Part shown: piece after piece, positions 61,850-64,000 of the stretch
Layout of the letters: every line of letters starts with the position of its first letter
Numbering within the stretch: the first letter of the stretch is position 1
NCBI RefSeq assembly: GCF_963921235.1
Contig: NC_086097.1
Span: forward strand, 1,674,001 to 1,738,000
DNA: 64,000 nucleotides
Reading direction: 5' to 3'
DNA from: Mobula hypostoma
Taxonomy: Eukaryota
Notes under the pieces: model-generated
Database searches by the model: none
What the model was told of the DNA's origin: nothing
Seen by the model: only the letters and a program-made list of their open reading frames with translations
Made by a program: the position numbers and the translations under genes

Positions 61850-63560
61850 TCATGTACCTATCCAGGAGTCTTAAAAGACCCTGTCATATCCACCTCCACC
61901 ACCGTTGCCGGCAGCCCATTCCACACACTCACCACTCTCTGCGTAAAAAAACTTACCCCTGACATTCCCTCTGTATCTGCTTCCAAGCACCTTAAACCTG
62001 TGTCCTCTCATGTTAGCCATTTCAGCCCTGGGAAAAGCCTCTACCTATCCACACAATCAATGCCTCTCATCATCTTATACACCTCTATCAGGTCACCTCT
62101 CATCCTCCGTCACTCCAAGGAGAAAAGACTGAATTCACTCAACCTATTCTCAAAAGGCATACTCCCCAATCCGGGCAACATCCTTGTAAATCTCCTCTGC
62201 ATCCTTTCTATGGTTTCCACATCCTTCCTGTAGTGAGGTGACCAGAACTGAGCACAGTACTCCAACTGGGGTCTGACCAGGGTCCTATATAGCTGCAACA
62301 TTACCTCTCGGCTCCTAAATTCAATTCCACGATTGATGAAGGCCAATGCACCATATGCCTTCTTAACCACAGAGTCAACCTGCGCAGCTGCTTTGAGTGT
62401 ATGGACTCGGACCCCAAGATCCCTCTGATCCTCCACACTGCCAAGAGTCTTACCATTAATACTATATTCTGTCATCATATTTGACCTACCAAAATGAACC
62501 ACTTCACACTTATCTGGGTTGAACTCCATCTGCCACTTCTCAGCCCAGTTTTGCATCCTATCAATGTCCCGCTGTAATCTCTGACAGCCCTCCACACTAT
62601 CCACAACACCTCCAACCTTTGTGTCATCAGCAAATTTACTAACCCATCCCTCCACTTCTTCATCCAGGCCATTTATAAAAATCACAAAGAGTAAGGGTCC
62701 CAGAACAGATCTCTGAGGCACACCACTGGTCACCGACCTCCATGCAGAATATGACCCGTCTACAACCATTCTTTGCCTAATGTGAGCAAGCCAGTTCTGG
62801 ATCCACAAAGCAATGTCCCCTTGGATCCCACGCCTCCTTACTTTCTCAATAAGCCTTGCATTGGGTACCTTATCAAATGCCTTGCTAAAATCCATATACA
62901 GTACATCTACTGCTCTTCCTCCTTCAATAAGATAGAAGTCGAAAAATTGTTTCCATTGTTCGGTGAGACTAGAACTAGGGGACATTGCCTCAAGATTCAG
63001 GGGAGAAGATTTAGGACGGAGATGAGGAGAAATTGTTTTTCTCAGGGAATGGTGAATCTGTGGAATTCTCTGCCCAGGGAAGCAGCTGAGGCTTCTTCAC
63101 TAAATATATTTAAGATACAGTTGGATAGATTTTTACATAGTAAGGGAATTAAGGGTTATGGGGAAAAGGCAGTTAGGTGGAGCTGAGTTTACAGACAGAT
63201 CAGCCATGATTTTATTGAATGGCGGGGCAGGCTCGAAGGGCCGGATGGCCTACTCCCGCTCCTATTTCTTATGTTCTTAAGTTCTTATCTCATACGGTCC
63301 CGGAGACTAATCCAACTTGATGCTTTCCAAAAGTTCCAGCACATCCTCTTTCTTAATGTCTATATGCTCAATCTTTTCAATCCACTGTAAGTCATCCCTA
63401 CAATCGCCAAGATCCTTTTCTGTAGTGAATACTGAAGCAAAGTATTCATTAAGTACCTCTGCTATCTCCTCCGGTTCCATACACACTTTCCCACTGTCAC
63501 ACTTGATAGGTCCTATTCTCTCACGTCTTATCCTCTTGCTCTTCACATACTTGTAGAAAA
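61850..63560. mobile_element. CR1 fragments: (-) 61850-62920, (+) 62925-63285, (-) 63305-63558
   Basis: MDFSKAFDKVP..FADD..RPQLEYCAQFWSP; KLFPLFGETRTRGH; GPIKCDSGKVCMEPEE. Confidence 0.88.
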
Positions 63561-64000
63561 TCTCCTATCCTCCCTACCAGAGGCTTCTTTGAGATGTATT
63601 CCAAACCTACACGACCACGCAGAGATGCATCAGCTCCACTCCACTACAATTCCACAATTGCAATTTCCAACAAGAGTCAAATTTTAGTTATTTGAAGTAT
63701 TCATACAAAAATACATAAAATATGTTACCTACCTCTGCCAAAGCATTGGTCACAATGAATATACAAAGGAAAAGGTTTTGAAATAGTCGAAAGCTTTTAC
63801 TAATTAGCACCTTTTCTAGCAATAAATATAAAGCAGTCTGGTTAGGGCCAGAAATGCACTTCTACAACAAAACTTGCCTATTCATTTACTTCCTACAAGC
63901 ACTGACTACAAGAGGTGGAGAGTCCTATTACAGTTGGACAAGATATTGGTAGAACTGCACCTGTAGCACTGTGCACGATTATGGTCACAATGACTATCAG

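Overview
Vertebrate genomic DNA. The repeat content (CR1 with SGNH-esterase ORF1, Rex1/Babar, L1/Tx1, Penelope, tRNA-SINE) suggests a cartilaginous fish, probably a ray; this is an inference. The only host gene I can support is a minus-strand JDP2-like bZIP gene with three coding exons (4055-3792, 3555-3448, 2131-1970; 177 aa). It has canonical splice sites, a 3x11-aa coding repeat and GC-rich minisatellites around it. A CpG island at ~57.55-57.9 kb with a good minus-strand donor is a candidate first exon, implying a ~53.6 kb first intron made almost entirely of transposons. That interval contains: (1) a ~22.6 kb four-level nest (CR1 > Rex1/Babar > L1s and CR1s > Harbinger, Penelope and non-autonomous retroposons), partly resolved by TSDs; (2) a young Penelope element with ~1 kb inverted arms, each carrying a minimal hammerhead ribozyme; (3) two inverted CR1 copies sharing a ~240 bp identical tract with the same disabling mutations. 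Four copies of a ~640 bp non-tRNA, non-coding retroposon family with a 3' hairpin occur in the window, three of them inside the putative intron. Most ORFs in the six-frame track are repeat-derived artefacts. All alignments were done by eye; no database searches were run.
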